Both the position numbers and the translations under genes were made by a program. Shown here in pieces: positions 23,147-33,686 of a DNA stretch of 64,000 bases (positions are counted from its first letter, which is position 1; the number at the start of each line of letters is the position of its first letter). The notes under the pieces were generated by a model. The model saw only the letters and a program-made list of their open reading frames with translations. It was not told where the DNA came from and searched no databases. The stretch is from an uncultured Nitrososphaerales archaeon (GTDB taxonomy: Archaea > Thermoproteota > Nitrososphaeria > Nitrososphaerales > Nitrososphaeraceae), in contig CAVPXM010000053.1 in NCBI GenBank assembly GCA_963709405.1, positions 1 to 64,000 of the forward strand. The letters run 5' to 3'.

Positions 23147-23563
23147 TTATTTTTCCATCCTATCATCGTTGTCTTGCTTTAGTTTGTCAGAAAATGAAAT
23201 CAATTTTCCATGATCTTCAATTTTGATATTACTGTTTACTCTTACACTCAATCCCACAGCTCTAAATAATGTCAATAGTTCTCCACCAGAGATCAATTGA
23301 TTCAATTCTCCGATTTTAATTAATTCTGCAATCTTGTGAATAATCGCTTTGGTTTGAACCGGAAATTGAAATTCTGCTTGACGTAATACCTCATCTCCTC
23401 TATCGTACAAATGTTCTAAAGTGATTTCCCTATCTGATTTACGCGATCTTGATTCGTCTTTTTGCCTTTTCAATTTCTCCCTCTCCATCATAGACATGTA
23501 CTCACGGAGCTCCTTCATCTTACGCGCTTTAATAATGGCTAGGTCCGCATCGTCGTCCGACAT
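23147..23563 (-). CDS. PDCD5-like double-stranded DNA-binding protein
   Basis: DADLAIIKARKMKEL N-terminus, helical core, terminal NIKIE; start overlaps the rtcB stop. Confidence 0.7.
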   Translation of the reverse strand: MSDDDADLAIIKARKMKELREYMSMMEREKLKRQKDESRSRKSDREITLEHLYDRGDEVLRQAEFQFPVQTKAIIHKIAELIKIGELNQLISGGELLTLFRAVGLSVRVNSNIKIEDHGKLISFSDKLKQDNDDRMEK

Positions 23564-25038
23564 TAGCCCTTCATCACTCCAATTGGAACTAACCTTGTCA
23601 CTTTTGTGGCTATGCCAAGTGAATGCGACACATTGACAACAGAGTCTACATCCTTGTACGCATTGGGAGTTTCCTCAACTATCCCATCCTTTGTCAAGGA
23701 TTTTATGTAAATGCCTTTTGATTCAAGAATTTTCCTGACACTATCCACGGTATAGGTTCTTTTTGCGGCAGATCTGGACATTGCCCTCCCTGCTCCATGC
23801 GCAGTCGATCCGAAACTTAAATCCGCAGACTTAGGATTACCTAAGAGTAGCCAGCTTGCAGTGCCCATCGAGCCAGGTATGATCACAGGTTGACCTAGAG
23901 TGCGATATTTGCGGGGTATTTCATTCATTCCTAGAGAGAAAGCTCTTGTAGCCCCTTTTCTATGCACAACAAGATCGCAAATCCCTTTATCATCGACTCT
24001 ATGAGATTCTACCTTTGCGACATTGTGAGAGACGTCGTATACAACCTGCATATCTAAATCATTTTCACTTAGCTTTAACACCCTTTCAAACGTTTTCCTT
24101 ACCCAATGTGTTATCATTTCTCTATTTGACCATGCAAAGTTCAATGCACAAGACATTCCCTTTAAATAGTCTTTGCCTTCTGAAGACTGATTAGGAACAC
24201 AGGCAAGCTCTCTATCTGGAATATTAATGTCATATTTCTTCAATGCCCTTTCTGATATTCGTAGGTAGTCGCTGCAAACTTGATGTCCGAATCCTCTGGA
24301 ACCACAATGAACAAGAATTGCGAGCTGACCCTCTTCTTCAAACCCCATCGCTTTTGTAGCTCTATCGTCAAAGATCTTGTTCACTTTCTGTACTTCAAGA
24401 AAATGATTGCCCGAACCTAAGCTTCCTAATTGATTAATTCCACGTTTTTTAGCCGTTTCAGAGACCGCAGACGGATCAGCCCCGGCCATCATTCCTCCTT
24501 CTTCGCATACTTCTAGATCATTAGTCCATCCGTAGCCGCGAGAAATAACAGATTTCGCACCTTCCACCAGTAACTCATCCAGATCAGACCTAGTTAGTTT
24601 GCTTGCTCCCTCGCTGCCAACACCTGAAGGGATAGCTTTAAAGAGTTCATCAATAAGGGTCTTTATACCACATTTTATGTCTCTCTCAAGCAGGTTGGTC
24701 CTGATTAATCTCACACCGCAGTTGATATCATATCCAACTCCTCCAGGGCTAATAACTCCCTCTTCAAAATCAGTAGCAGCGACTGAGCCTACAGGAAATC
24801 CATACCCTTCATGCCCGTCCGGAAGAACAACGACATGCTTACAAATGCCAGGCAGTGTGGATACATTTGCTGCCTGGTGAATAGTCCTATCCATTAGCAT
24901 TTTTGATAGTAGGTTATCATCCGCGTAAATTGTAACGGGGACCCTCATTCCAAGAGATTCATCTCTTTCCAAGGTGAATTCAAAATCTCTAATTTTTTTA
25001 ACCTTGTGATTACCAACTTTGGTTAATAAATCATACAT
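23563..25038 (-). CDS. rtcB: RNA-splicing ligase RtcB
   Basis: PDGHEGYGFPVG, GYDINCGVR, GSGNHFLEVQ, HCGSRG, HRKGATR, HGAGR, AYKD. Confidence 0.97.
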   Translation of the reverse strand: MYDLLTKVGNHKVKKIRDFEFTLERDESLGMRVPVTIYADDNLLSKMLMDRTIHQAANVSTLPGICKHVVVLPDGHEGYGFPVGSVAATDFEEGVISPGGVGYDINCGVRLIRTNLLERDIKCGIKTLIDELFKAIPSGVGSEGASKLTRSDLDELLVEGAKSVISRGYGWTNDLEVCEEGGMMAGADPSAVSETAKKRGINQLGSLGSGNHFLEVQKVNKIFDDRATKAMGFEEEGQLAILVHCGSRGFGHQVCSDYLRISERALKKYDINIPDRELACVPNQSSEGKDYLKGMSCALNFAWSNREMITHWVRKTFERVLKLSENDLDMQVVYDVSHNVAKVESHRVDDKGICDLVVHRKGATRAFSLGMNEIPRKYRTLGQPVIIPGSMGTASWLLLGNPKSADLSFGSTAHGAGRAMSRSAAKRTYTVDSVRKILESKGIYIKSLTKDGIVEETPNAYKDVDSVVNVSHSLGIATKVTRLVPIGVMKG

Positions 25039-25619
25039 ATGATTATGCTGAATTTCGCTAGGAGTTATTATAAGCGTTCCCTTATTCTATAATGAGAACT
25101 AGCGGTTACGCTCTCGCTGTATGGATGTAGAATTGAAAATTGATTGCAGAAATGATCAAGGCTTCGGAAAATTTTCAGGGATCTCGTAGTCATTTAAAAC
25201 GTCTTCTGAAGATTATTAGCAACATGAGGCATAGGTAATAATCTTAGCAGAACCTAGTAGAGCGTAATAAGACCAAATGTAGAAGAAAAGTGGCAAGCAT
25301 ACGGTCCTTAAGGTTAAGTACGACAACTACGGCAAAAATCGAAGAAGTCTTTCGGAATAGGAAGACTAGGATTAGACACAGGTCTCACCTTGAATGAACA
25401 TTCATCTAAATTCTGAAATTCGGGATTAGAAACATTTGATTTCATCTTTGTATGATCCAGATCACTAATATAGAAATGCGCATCTAAATTTATTCAAATT
25501 CAGTACGTTGCAATAATTACGAACAGTTAGCCTGTCTGTCTTACAGAATTGATATATCTCTGCAACAGATATAACATTGACACTGTAATAAATTAAACTT
25601 AATAAATATGTTAGGGCTT

Positions 25620-26486
25620 CCGATTGGCTTGCAAGATATCATAAAGAAGGTATTGATGGACTTGAGAATAGGCCTAGGAGTGGTAGGCCTTCCAAACTAC
25701 CTGGAGAAGTTGTTGTTAAGGTAAGAAGGAAATTAAAGGAAAGAAAACAAGGCTCGACCACACAGCAGATAAATGAAATGATAGTGAAAGAAGGAAATGT
25801 ACACTACCATCAAATCTATATCTACACATTGCTGCATAAGTGCGGATTCAAACAGAAGGTACCAAAGGAAAGTACATGTTAATACTGCGTCATATGAAGA
25901 TAAAAAGTAGTTCAAAAAAGAGCACAGAAAATACTAGATCGGTTATCTAAGGATTTTACCGTAGTATCATTGGATGAATCATTCTTCTTTTTTGACAGCC
26001 TTGTTAGAAAAATATGGATCTATAAAGATTCCAGACCTGTGGCTACAATAACAGGTTCACACAGGAATTTCTGTATATTTGGTGCTATTACCGTGAAGGA
26101 AAGCAGCTATTCAGACAATTTGAAAGGTTTAGTGAGAAGGATACGTTCTATGAATTGCTAAAGCATGTACATTATAAATTCCCAAAGTCTTACTTATTCT
26201 TAGATAAGGCAACTCAACATCATAAATCCCACAAAGTTAGGAAATACTTTGAAGAACATAAAGTTACTCTAAAACCAATCGACCTTCCAACAGGATCACC
26301 TGAGTTCATGGTACTGGAAGAATGCTAGAATATATCTAAAAATGATCTGTTAGTATTAACATTTTATCGATTATTTATAGAATTTAGAATAAGGTTAGGA
26401 CAGTACTTCAGAACTAAACATTTCAATCCGAATATGAGAAATTATCTAACTGGGAATGTGTCAGAGAACTTATCTTAGTTGGTGTA
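25620..26486 (+). mobile_element. IS630-family element, copy A (5'-truncated, inactive)
   Basis: HTH remnant RPRSGRP, TTCAAAAAAG slippery site, LDESFF, FLDKA, LPTGSPE; right end CTTATCTTAGTTGGTG followed by TA at 26485-26486. Confidence 0.87.
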
Positions 26487-26615
26487 GGTATGAAAGCGAA
26501 TTTAAATTTTTTTATAGAAATGAGTTAAGTGCATATAGTAGATAATAGTTCCTCCAACTAGTAACATAAATCCTCTAAAAATAATTCGTGTTTACTTTGC
26601 AATATATCTACGATG

Positions 26616-27752
26616 CTAGAATTTGTTTATTATTACACGCAAACCAAGGTAATTTTCGGTTGCCAACAATGCTTTTTTTATATCTCCGAGGGAGTAATGA
26701 TGGCTGATAATTTCTGACAATTTGATTTGACCTGTGGACACCAGTTCCGCTCCTTTTTTCAGCATATTGGGCGTAGAGCTAAAACTGCCAGTTACAGAGA
26801 TTTGGTTATAATGTATCCAGTTCAGATCCAATGGTCTGGAGCATCTCCTTGGCATTCCTGCGAATATGTTAATCTTGGAATTCTTGGCGGCAATTCTTAG
26901 CGCAAGTTCATAAGCAGCCGGGCTGCTTGTAGCAATAATAATTGCATCAGCGCCATAACCCTCTGTGTATGACATTATATCTCTCAGTGTATCTTCACTA
27001 TGTCTATTATCATCTGTATCATTCCTGTTGAACATTAAAGCTATATCAGCCCCCAGAGAACTAGCTTTTGACAGTCTTCTAGGGATTTTTCCTACCATAA
27101 TTGTTCTTGCTCCAAATCTTTTTGATAATTGTAGATGAAGTAAGCCGATAGGGCCGTCTCCAATGATTACAATAGTCCATTCTTCGTGAGCCCTCCAACC
27201 AATATGATTTAGACTACTTAAGCAACAGGCTAAAGGTTCAAGTAACGCAGCCTCATCATCATGCATGTTATCTGGGACAGGTATTATCCCACCTATCTTG
27301 ACCACTTCCCTTGGAATGCTAAGGTATTCTGCGAATCCTCCGTTAATGCTTGATCCAATTTCTCTTAAATGAATACAGAGATTATATTCATTCCTATTAC
27401 AATACATGCATTCTAAGCAGGGTACGATAGGCGAAACCGTAACCCTAGTTCCTGCCTTTATCAAAACCTCCCTACCACTTACTTCTGAAAAGATATCTCT
27501 ATTAATTTCCCCACAAATTTCATGTCCCAATATAATAGGAGGAGTAACTTTAAAGTGTCCATTCCGGAATACTCTTACATCATATCCACAAACCGCACAT
27601 GCTTTCAATTTGAGAAGTATCCCTTCTTCATTGTTGTTACAGTTGGGATAAATATCGTTATTGACGATACAACCGGGACCATGGAACACTGCGGCATGCA
27701 TAATTCGATTTGATAACATTGCACCCTTAAAATACGCTACTGTGTTTAGCAA
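26616..27752 (-). CDS. Zn-dependent medium-chain (sorbitol/iditol-type) dehydrogenase
   Basis: CGYD, LGHE, CLECMYC...C, EPLAC, GDGPIG; the real start may be ATG 27701. Confidence 0.9.
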   Translation of the reverse strand: MLNTVAYFKGAMLSNRIMHAAVFHGPGCIVNNDIYPNCNNNEEGILLKLKACAVCGYDVRVFRNGHFKVTPPIILGHEICGEINRDIFSEVSGREVLIKAGTRVTVSPIVPCLECMYCNRNEYNLCIHLREIGSSINGGFAEYLSIPREVVKIGGIIPVPDNMHDDEAALLEPLACCLSSLNHIGWRAHEEWTIVIIGDGPIGLLHLQLSKRFGARTIMVGKIPRRLSKASSLGADIALMFNRNDTDDNRHSEDTLRDIMSYTEGYGADAIIIATSSPAAYELALRIAAKNSKINIFAGMPRRCSRPLDLNWIHYNQISVTGSFSSTPNMLKKGAELVSTGQIKLSEIISHHYSLGDIKKALLATENYLGLRVIINKF

Positions 27753-27927
27753 ACTAAGGGATACTAATTTTGATATGCGAGGCTTCTAAACCTTTGACAA
27801 ATATCGAGTTCTTGTGAATATTCGATAATGAATCTCTTGCAACTGGGGACTGAAATGGAAAGATATTTCTAACATTATATTTCTTGGGCAATTTGCATTT
27901 TAATCCGTTACAATCACTTTGAGAAAC

Positions 27928-29061
27928 TATAACAATTAAGATAAGTATACTCAGATATTATTGATGGAATTGTCATATTCTTCGTACAGGAAGAGCAATA
28001 GCTTTGTTCATTGATCTGCTTTCCTGAATGAGTCTTGAGTCTCAATAAAGGAGAATTAGAAACTCTCTAAAAGAAGGAATCACGTGTCAGACTAAGGAGA
28101 GGCTGTTGCTTGTTCTCCAAGTTGAAGGTGACGGAATGATCCCAGCTCATGTTGCAAAGGAGCTGCACAGAAGCAGGACTTGGACTCGCGATTGGCTTGG
28201 CTTGCAAGATATCATAAAGAAGGTATTAATGGACTAGAGAATAGGCCTAAGGGTGGTAGTCCTTCCAAACTACCTGGAGAAGTTGCTGCTGTTAATGTAA
28301 GAGGGAAATTAAAGGAAAGAAATCGAGGGTGGCCACATAGCAGGTAAATGAAATGATAGTAAAAGAAGGAAATGGACACTACCATCAAATCTATATCTAC
28401 ACATTGCCGCATAAGTGGGGATTCAAACAGAAGGTACCAAGGAAAGTACATGTTAACACTGCCCCATATGAAGATAAAAAGTAGTTCAAAAAAGAGCACA
28501 GAAAATACTAGATCGGTTATCTAAGGATTTTACCGCAGTATCATTGGATGAATCATTCTTCTTCTTTTTTGACAGCCTTGTTAGAAAAGTATGGATCTAT
28601 AAAGATTCCAGACCTGTGGCTACAATAACAGGTTCACACAGGAATTTCTGTATATTTGGTGCTATTACCTTGAAGGAAAGCAGCTATTCAGACAATTTGA
28701 AAGGTTTAGTGAGAAGGATACGTTCTATGAATTGCTAAAGCATGTACATTATAAATTCCCAAAGTCTTACTTATTCTTAGATAAGGCACCTCAACATCAT
28801 AAATCCCGCAAAGTTAGGAAATACTTTGAAGAACATAAAGTTACTCTAAAACCAATCGATCTTCCAACAGGATCACCTGAGTTCATGGTACCGGAAGAAT
28901 GCTAGAATATATCTAAAAATGATCTGTTAGTATTAACATTTTATCGATTATTTATAGAATTTAGAATAAGGTTAGGACAGTACTTCAGAACTAAACATTT
29001 CAGTCTGAATATGAGAAATTATCTAGCTTGGAATATGTCAGAGAGCTTATCTTAATTGGTG
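27928..29061 (+). mobile_element. IS630-family element, copy B (full length, inactive)
   Basis: Left end TA-TAACAATTAAGATAAG (27928-27945) is the inverse of right end CTTATCTTAATTGGTG (29046-29061), 14/16 match; body nearly identical to copy A. Confidence 0.88.
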
Positions 29062-29274
29062 GAAGTTCCATCATGAAACTTCTTAAATCTTTAAAATCTC
29101 TACTGGATAAAGTTGTTGGCGCACAATAACACACTCACTACTCATTACAACTACAGGATTTGTAGATCTTTTCTTCCGTTATCCGAAAGATTTCCAAAAA
29201 AGGAATCAAATTGAATGAATATCGAATAGCTTAAGATTAGAAATCAGAAATACCGAGTATTTACGTTTATGAAC

Positions 29275-30219
29275 TTACCAGTTCTGGTTCTCGTTCTCTC
29301 GCATGTAATAGTACAGGTATTGTTGCGCATAGCCCGAATATTTTCCAAAGTATTGCCTCATCCTTTCTGAAATTCTGTTATACTGAACTGGGGTCAAACC
29401 ACAGTCAGGCTTGACATTATTATTACCATTAATCGAAAAAAGCCATTTATAATATTTGTCTAATGCTCTTGCAATCCAAATGTCGATTGGAAAGGCTTCA
29501 AGCTTTTCTAACGAAAATAACAGTATGCAATCAGCAATCTTGTTTCCAATTCCATATATATTTAATAACTCTTTTTTAGCATCGTAATAGTTCTTATGCA
29601 AAAGATTAGAAATTTCGAGCTCATGTTCGACGATACTTTTCGCGGCTGCCTTAATACCTTTCGCTCGGTATCCAACCCCGCAAGACCTAAGCTCATTTAT
29701 GTCTGCTTTATGTAAACTCTTGATAGAAGGAAAAGTGAAGAAGTCCCTTCCATCCAGATTAATCCTTCGTCCATATTTCTTTGAAAGATTTTTCAGCATT
29801 TTACGAATCATGGATATATTTGTATTACTAGAACACACAAATGATACTATGCATTGACATGGTTCTTGACGCATAATGCGCAGACCATAACCCCTTCTTA
29901 TGGTTCTTGCCAAAACTGCGTCTGTTGATAAATCTGAAAGGATTTTTGAAATGTCATCATCGAATCGGAAGACCCTGCTATGCCAGTTATGCATTTCGGG
30001 AAAAGACTCAAAATGAATTTTCCTACCTCTGATAGCTTTATTACCTAAACTGCTAGAATTGTCATCAAATGGAACAGCGGTATCAGGTGATATTTTTAGG
30101 ATATGGTTACCATATGTACCGTACCAGCTATTATCATGTTTTTCCCATAGGAACATTTGGCCACTATTAATTGTAATTTCTGGGTTGAATAAATTTTCAG
30201 AAAATAAATCATACGGCAA
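29275..30219 (-). CDS. 8-oxoguanine DNA glycosylase (OGG1-like, HhH-GPD)
   Basis: TINSGQMFLW, LRIMRQEP, SSNTNI, GVGYRA, GIGNKIADCILLF, FPIDIW, GYAQQYLY. Confidence 0.9.
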   Translation of the reverse strand: MPYDLFSENLFNPEITINSGQMFLWEKHDNSWYGTYGNHILKISPDTAVPFDDNSSSLGNKAIRGRKIHFESFPEMHNWHSRVFRFDDDISKILSDLSTDAVLARTIRRGYGLRIMRQEPCQCIVSFVCSSNTNISMIRKMLKNLSKKYGRRINLDGRDFFTFPSIKSLHKADINELRSCGVGYRAKGIKAAAKSIVEHELEISNLLHKNYYDAKKELLNIYGIGNKIADCILLFSLEKLEAFPIDIWIARALDKYYKWLFSINGNNNVKPDCGLTPVQYNRISERMRQYFGKYSGYAQQYLYYYMRENENQNW

Positions 30220-30256
30220 AACTCAATAATCAGAGTCCATATCTTGTTTTATAATC

Positions 30257-30466
30257 CTATCTCATTTTATTATGTTGGTCATCCTCTAGTCTCTTGAGAT
30301 CAGTTCTTAAGAGCTCAATTATTCTAGGAATCTCCCTCGTCGCACAGGAGATGCAAATGCATTGTAAAGATAGCGGGTAGGTAAAATATTTCTCATTGAT
30401 TAGGATATTATTCTTGCAGGAAACACACTTTTTTGTTTTATATGGATCGGTATTTTTTATGATCAA
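30257..30466 (-). CDS. Small Zn-finger protein
   Basis: CVSC...CISC pairs in 69 aa; TATA-like tract upstream. Confidence 0.6.
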   Translation of the reverse strand: MIIKNTDPYKTKKCVSCKNNILINEKYFTYPLSLQCICISCATREIPRIIELLRTDLKRLEDDQHNKMR

Positions 30467-31118
30467 ATTTGTCTAATGTGAGTATTATAAATATAAAAAT
30501 ATTGGTTCACATAATATTTCCTAGCCCAAGTCTTAATAATATAAGAACATATTGATATTTATCTGCAAACAACCAGTGTAGGTTTTATGGAACTGCCGCT
30601 TTTTTCATGTCCTTAATCAGAATTATTCCTGATGTCCAGTACTAGCTGCATCCTGATATGCTTGCCTCGAGCAGGCATATCTTAGAATAATTGAGACCCC
30701 TGTCATTAAAAAAACTGGCACATTGCGTATAAACATATGTTAGAAAATGCGATTGAATTTTATTAGAAAATATGCTGAGATGGCGACGTGTATATTCTGT
30801 GAACCTCATCATTTAAATCATATTATTATCGACATTGGGAAATAAAATATAGGCAGTGGAATAGCATAACTTTATATATTTACATTAATGCCGAACAAAG
30901 ATTGGCACAATAGCATGTTAAATCATCCTCCAACTCACCATTTGCATGGTCTGAATACGAGCATTCACATAAATATCGTCATAATTACGTCCAATAAAAT
31001 ACAAATCTTTGAATGGTTCATTGAAACCTCCATCATAGATCCTAGTCTACTCGTGATACCGACATATAGAATCAGATGATATTAATTTTAACCGCTACCA
31101 TTGGCTTAAATATTCCTT

Positions 31119-31319
31119 TTGCCAAGAATATATGTGGTTCTTCAGGCAAAATGTCCAAAATGTGGAAAAAAAGCAGAAATAGATGATGAGACATCTAATG
31201 CGAAATGTCAATTTTGCGGGCTAAGCCTATCCTACGAGTCTTACATAGAATTAATGAAAGAGCGCGCAACCAATTTGGTTACTGATTTTCAATTGAACTC
31301 AGATAAAGATCATGGTTGA
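31119..31319 (+). CDS. Small CPxCG-type Zn-ribbon protein
   Basis: CPKCG...CQFCG; the start may be GTG near 31134. Confidence 0.7.
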   Translation: MPRIYVVLQAKCPKCGKKAEIDDETSNAKCQFCGLSLSYESYIELMKERATNLVTDFQLNSDKDHG

Positions 31320-31454
31320 GTGTATAAAAATTGGTAAATTCACTGTTGATCCTATCACTGGATTTGAATGGTAGTACATTTATGGATCAAAAGATTTACT
31401 AAATATCTGATCAAGCAAAGATTAAATAATGCTTTCCAATTGCTATTTTGGATA

Positions 31455-31859
31455 TTGGCTCAGTTCAAAGTTATTATTTCTGATGCTAAGGGTAGGAGTC
31501 AAGCTCAAGAGATTAAAGATGTAGCAGCTCAGCCATTTTTAGGATCAAAGATAGGAGATTCCATTGACTCTTCTACGGTAGGTATTACTGGTGGCAAGAT
31601 CAGAATCACTGGAGGAAGCGATAGGTCAGGTACACCGATGCGGCCCGATATACACGGCGGTGTCAAGAAATATGTGCTACTGTCAAAGGGAGTTGGTATG
31701 CGCGATATCAAAGATGGCAATAGAATTAGAAAGTTGGTAAGAGGAAATTTGATTACGGAGGAAATCTATCAGCTGAATTGTATGCTGATCGACTGTAACT
31801 TGCCTGACCTATCAGTAGATCAAGGAGATAAACTCGCAAAGGACGATATTAAGAATTAA
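31455..31859 (+). CDS. rps6e: 30S ribosomal protein S6e
   Basis: FKVIISD, KIRITGGSDRSGTPMRPDI, RKLVRGN; in-frame TTG start at 31455. Confidence 0.95.
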   Translation: MAQFKVIISDAKGRSQAQEIKDVAAQPFLGSKIGDSIDSSTVGITGGKIRITGGSDRSGTPMRPDIHGGVKKYVLLSKGVGMRDIKDGNRIRKLVRGNLITEEIYQLNCMLIDCNLPDLSVDQGDKLAKDDIKN

Positions 31860-32079
31860 GTTATTTTCTAGCATCAAACATTTTATTGCAAGTGCATTAA
31901 TTAGGTCAATTTTTCACCTTAGGTTGTTAAGTTATAACTGCAATTATGACAATCTGATTTACTAGGGTATTCCAAATATGACATTATTTAATTCAGGTGT
32001 ATCTTTGTCTAATATTAAAATAATTCTGATTAAAATACGATAATTACCTTAATATCACTCAGTAAAAGTACTATACAGA

Positions 32080-33343
32080 TTGCACTGGAAGGATACACTG
32101 CCTGACTGGTATATCAAAGAATATGGATATCAACCAAATATTAACATAGGCACGTCCGGTCATGTTGACCATGGAAAGACTACTCTAGTAGAGGCTATAA
32201 CTGGGGTTTGGACAAGCGCACATAGCGAGGAATTAAGGAGAGGCATTACTATTAAGGTGGGCTATGCTGACGCAGCTTTTTATAAATGCCCACAGTGTCC
32301 CCCGCCTGATTGTTACTCTACTAATCCAATATGCGCGAATTGTGAAGGAAAAAGCGAGCTGTTGAGAGTCGTAAGTTTCGTAGACTCTCCAGGCCACGAA
32401 AGCCTAATGGCAAACATGTTGTCGGGATCTGCTCTTATGGATGGAGCAATCCTAGTCGTTGCTGCCGAACGATCGAGTTCCCCAACCTCAGACACGAGAG
32501 CACATGCTTGCTCTACAGGTCCTCGGAATTAAGCAGATAGTAATTGTTCAAAATAAAGTAGATTTGACTGACCCGGAAAATGCATTAGAAAATTATGAAG
32601 AGATAAGGGATTTTGTGAAGCATAGTGTAGCTGAGAGTGCTCCGATAATTCCGGTATCTGCACAGCACAAAATCAATATCGATGCCCTGATAGAGGCAAT
32701 AGAGGGAACAATAAAGACTCCTGTTCGAATGAAAAATGCAAATGCAATAATGCACGTCTTGCGCTCATTCGATGTGAACAAGCCTGGAATTAGAATAAAA
32801 CAGGTCAAAGGAGGAGTCATAGGAGGAGCTTTAATTCAAGGCGAATTTAATGTAGGCGACGAAGTTGAGATTCGACCTGGCTTCTTCGACGAAAAGAAAG
32901 GCAAATACGAGCCGATTAATTCTACTCTCGCGACATTGGGTACAGGAGCCGGCTTGGTAGAAAATGTGAAACCAGGTGGACTCATTGCTCTTGGTACTAA
33001 ATTGGATCCAACCTTTGTGAAGAGTGATTCCCTGATCGGCTCCGTTGTTGGGAGGCCGGGAGACTTACCTAAAGATATTGAAGATATATCGGTGGAAGTG
33101 CACCTTTTTGATACCGCGGTAGGTACTCAAGAATTGGTTAAGGTTGATCCCATCAGAGTGAAGGAACCATTGAGATTAAATGTAGGGACAGCAACCGCTC
33201 TGGGAACGGTTGCAGGTACCAGAGATGACAAAGTAGAGATAAGATTGAAGAAACCTGTCTGTATGATGCCTAAGAGCAGGGTAGCTATTAGCAGGAGGAT
33301 AACAGACAGGTGGAGATTAATAGGAGCTGGCATAGCTTCATAA
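32080..33343 (+). CDS. eif2g: Translation initiation factor aIF2 gamma subunit (one frameshift near 32466)
   Basis: [21 protein letters not shown], Zn knuckle, DSPGHE, PQTREH, QNKVD, RWRLIG. Confidence 0.96.
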
Positions 33344-33686
33344 GAAAACATATATTCTCACTCAATGATACAACACCTGACGTAAGATATGTTACGCAAG
33401 ATCAGACAGCATTTCAGGTTTTCAAACCCCTTAAAGTTCCAGGCTGGCTTCTCTCCTCTAGGTCATAGCCAAGATACGCTTACTTATGAATCTCTATTTT
33501 AGAAATTAAATATTTCAAACAAAACTGGTATGTATCGCTTTACGCGTGGAGTAGCATTTATCAGCCTTTCCAAATATTTTTTGCAACATCTCTGGTAACT
33601 CATAATAAATCAGTTTGTCTTCGGATAGCATCGGCTCAGTTTTATGGGAAGGTTTTTAATCTAGAATCAGTCCGTCATAAAGGATA

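Noticed and set aside
23563-25038. Intein in RtcB
   Set aside because: 491 aa is the normal length, the motifs are contiguous and no intein splice motifs are present.
32080-33343. Programmed frameshifting in aIF2-gamma, gatD or gatE
   Set aside because: No slippery heptamer or shared context at the shift sites; scattered indels across the window fit sequencing error better.
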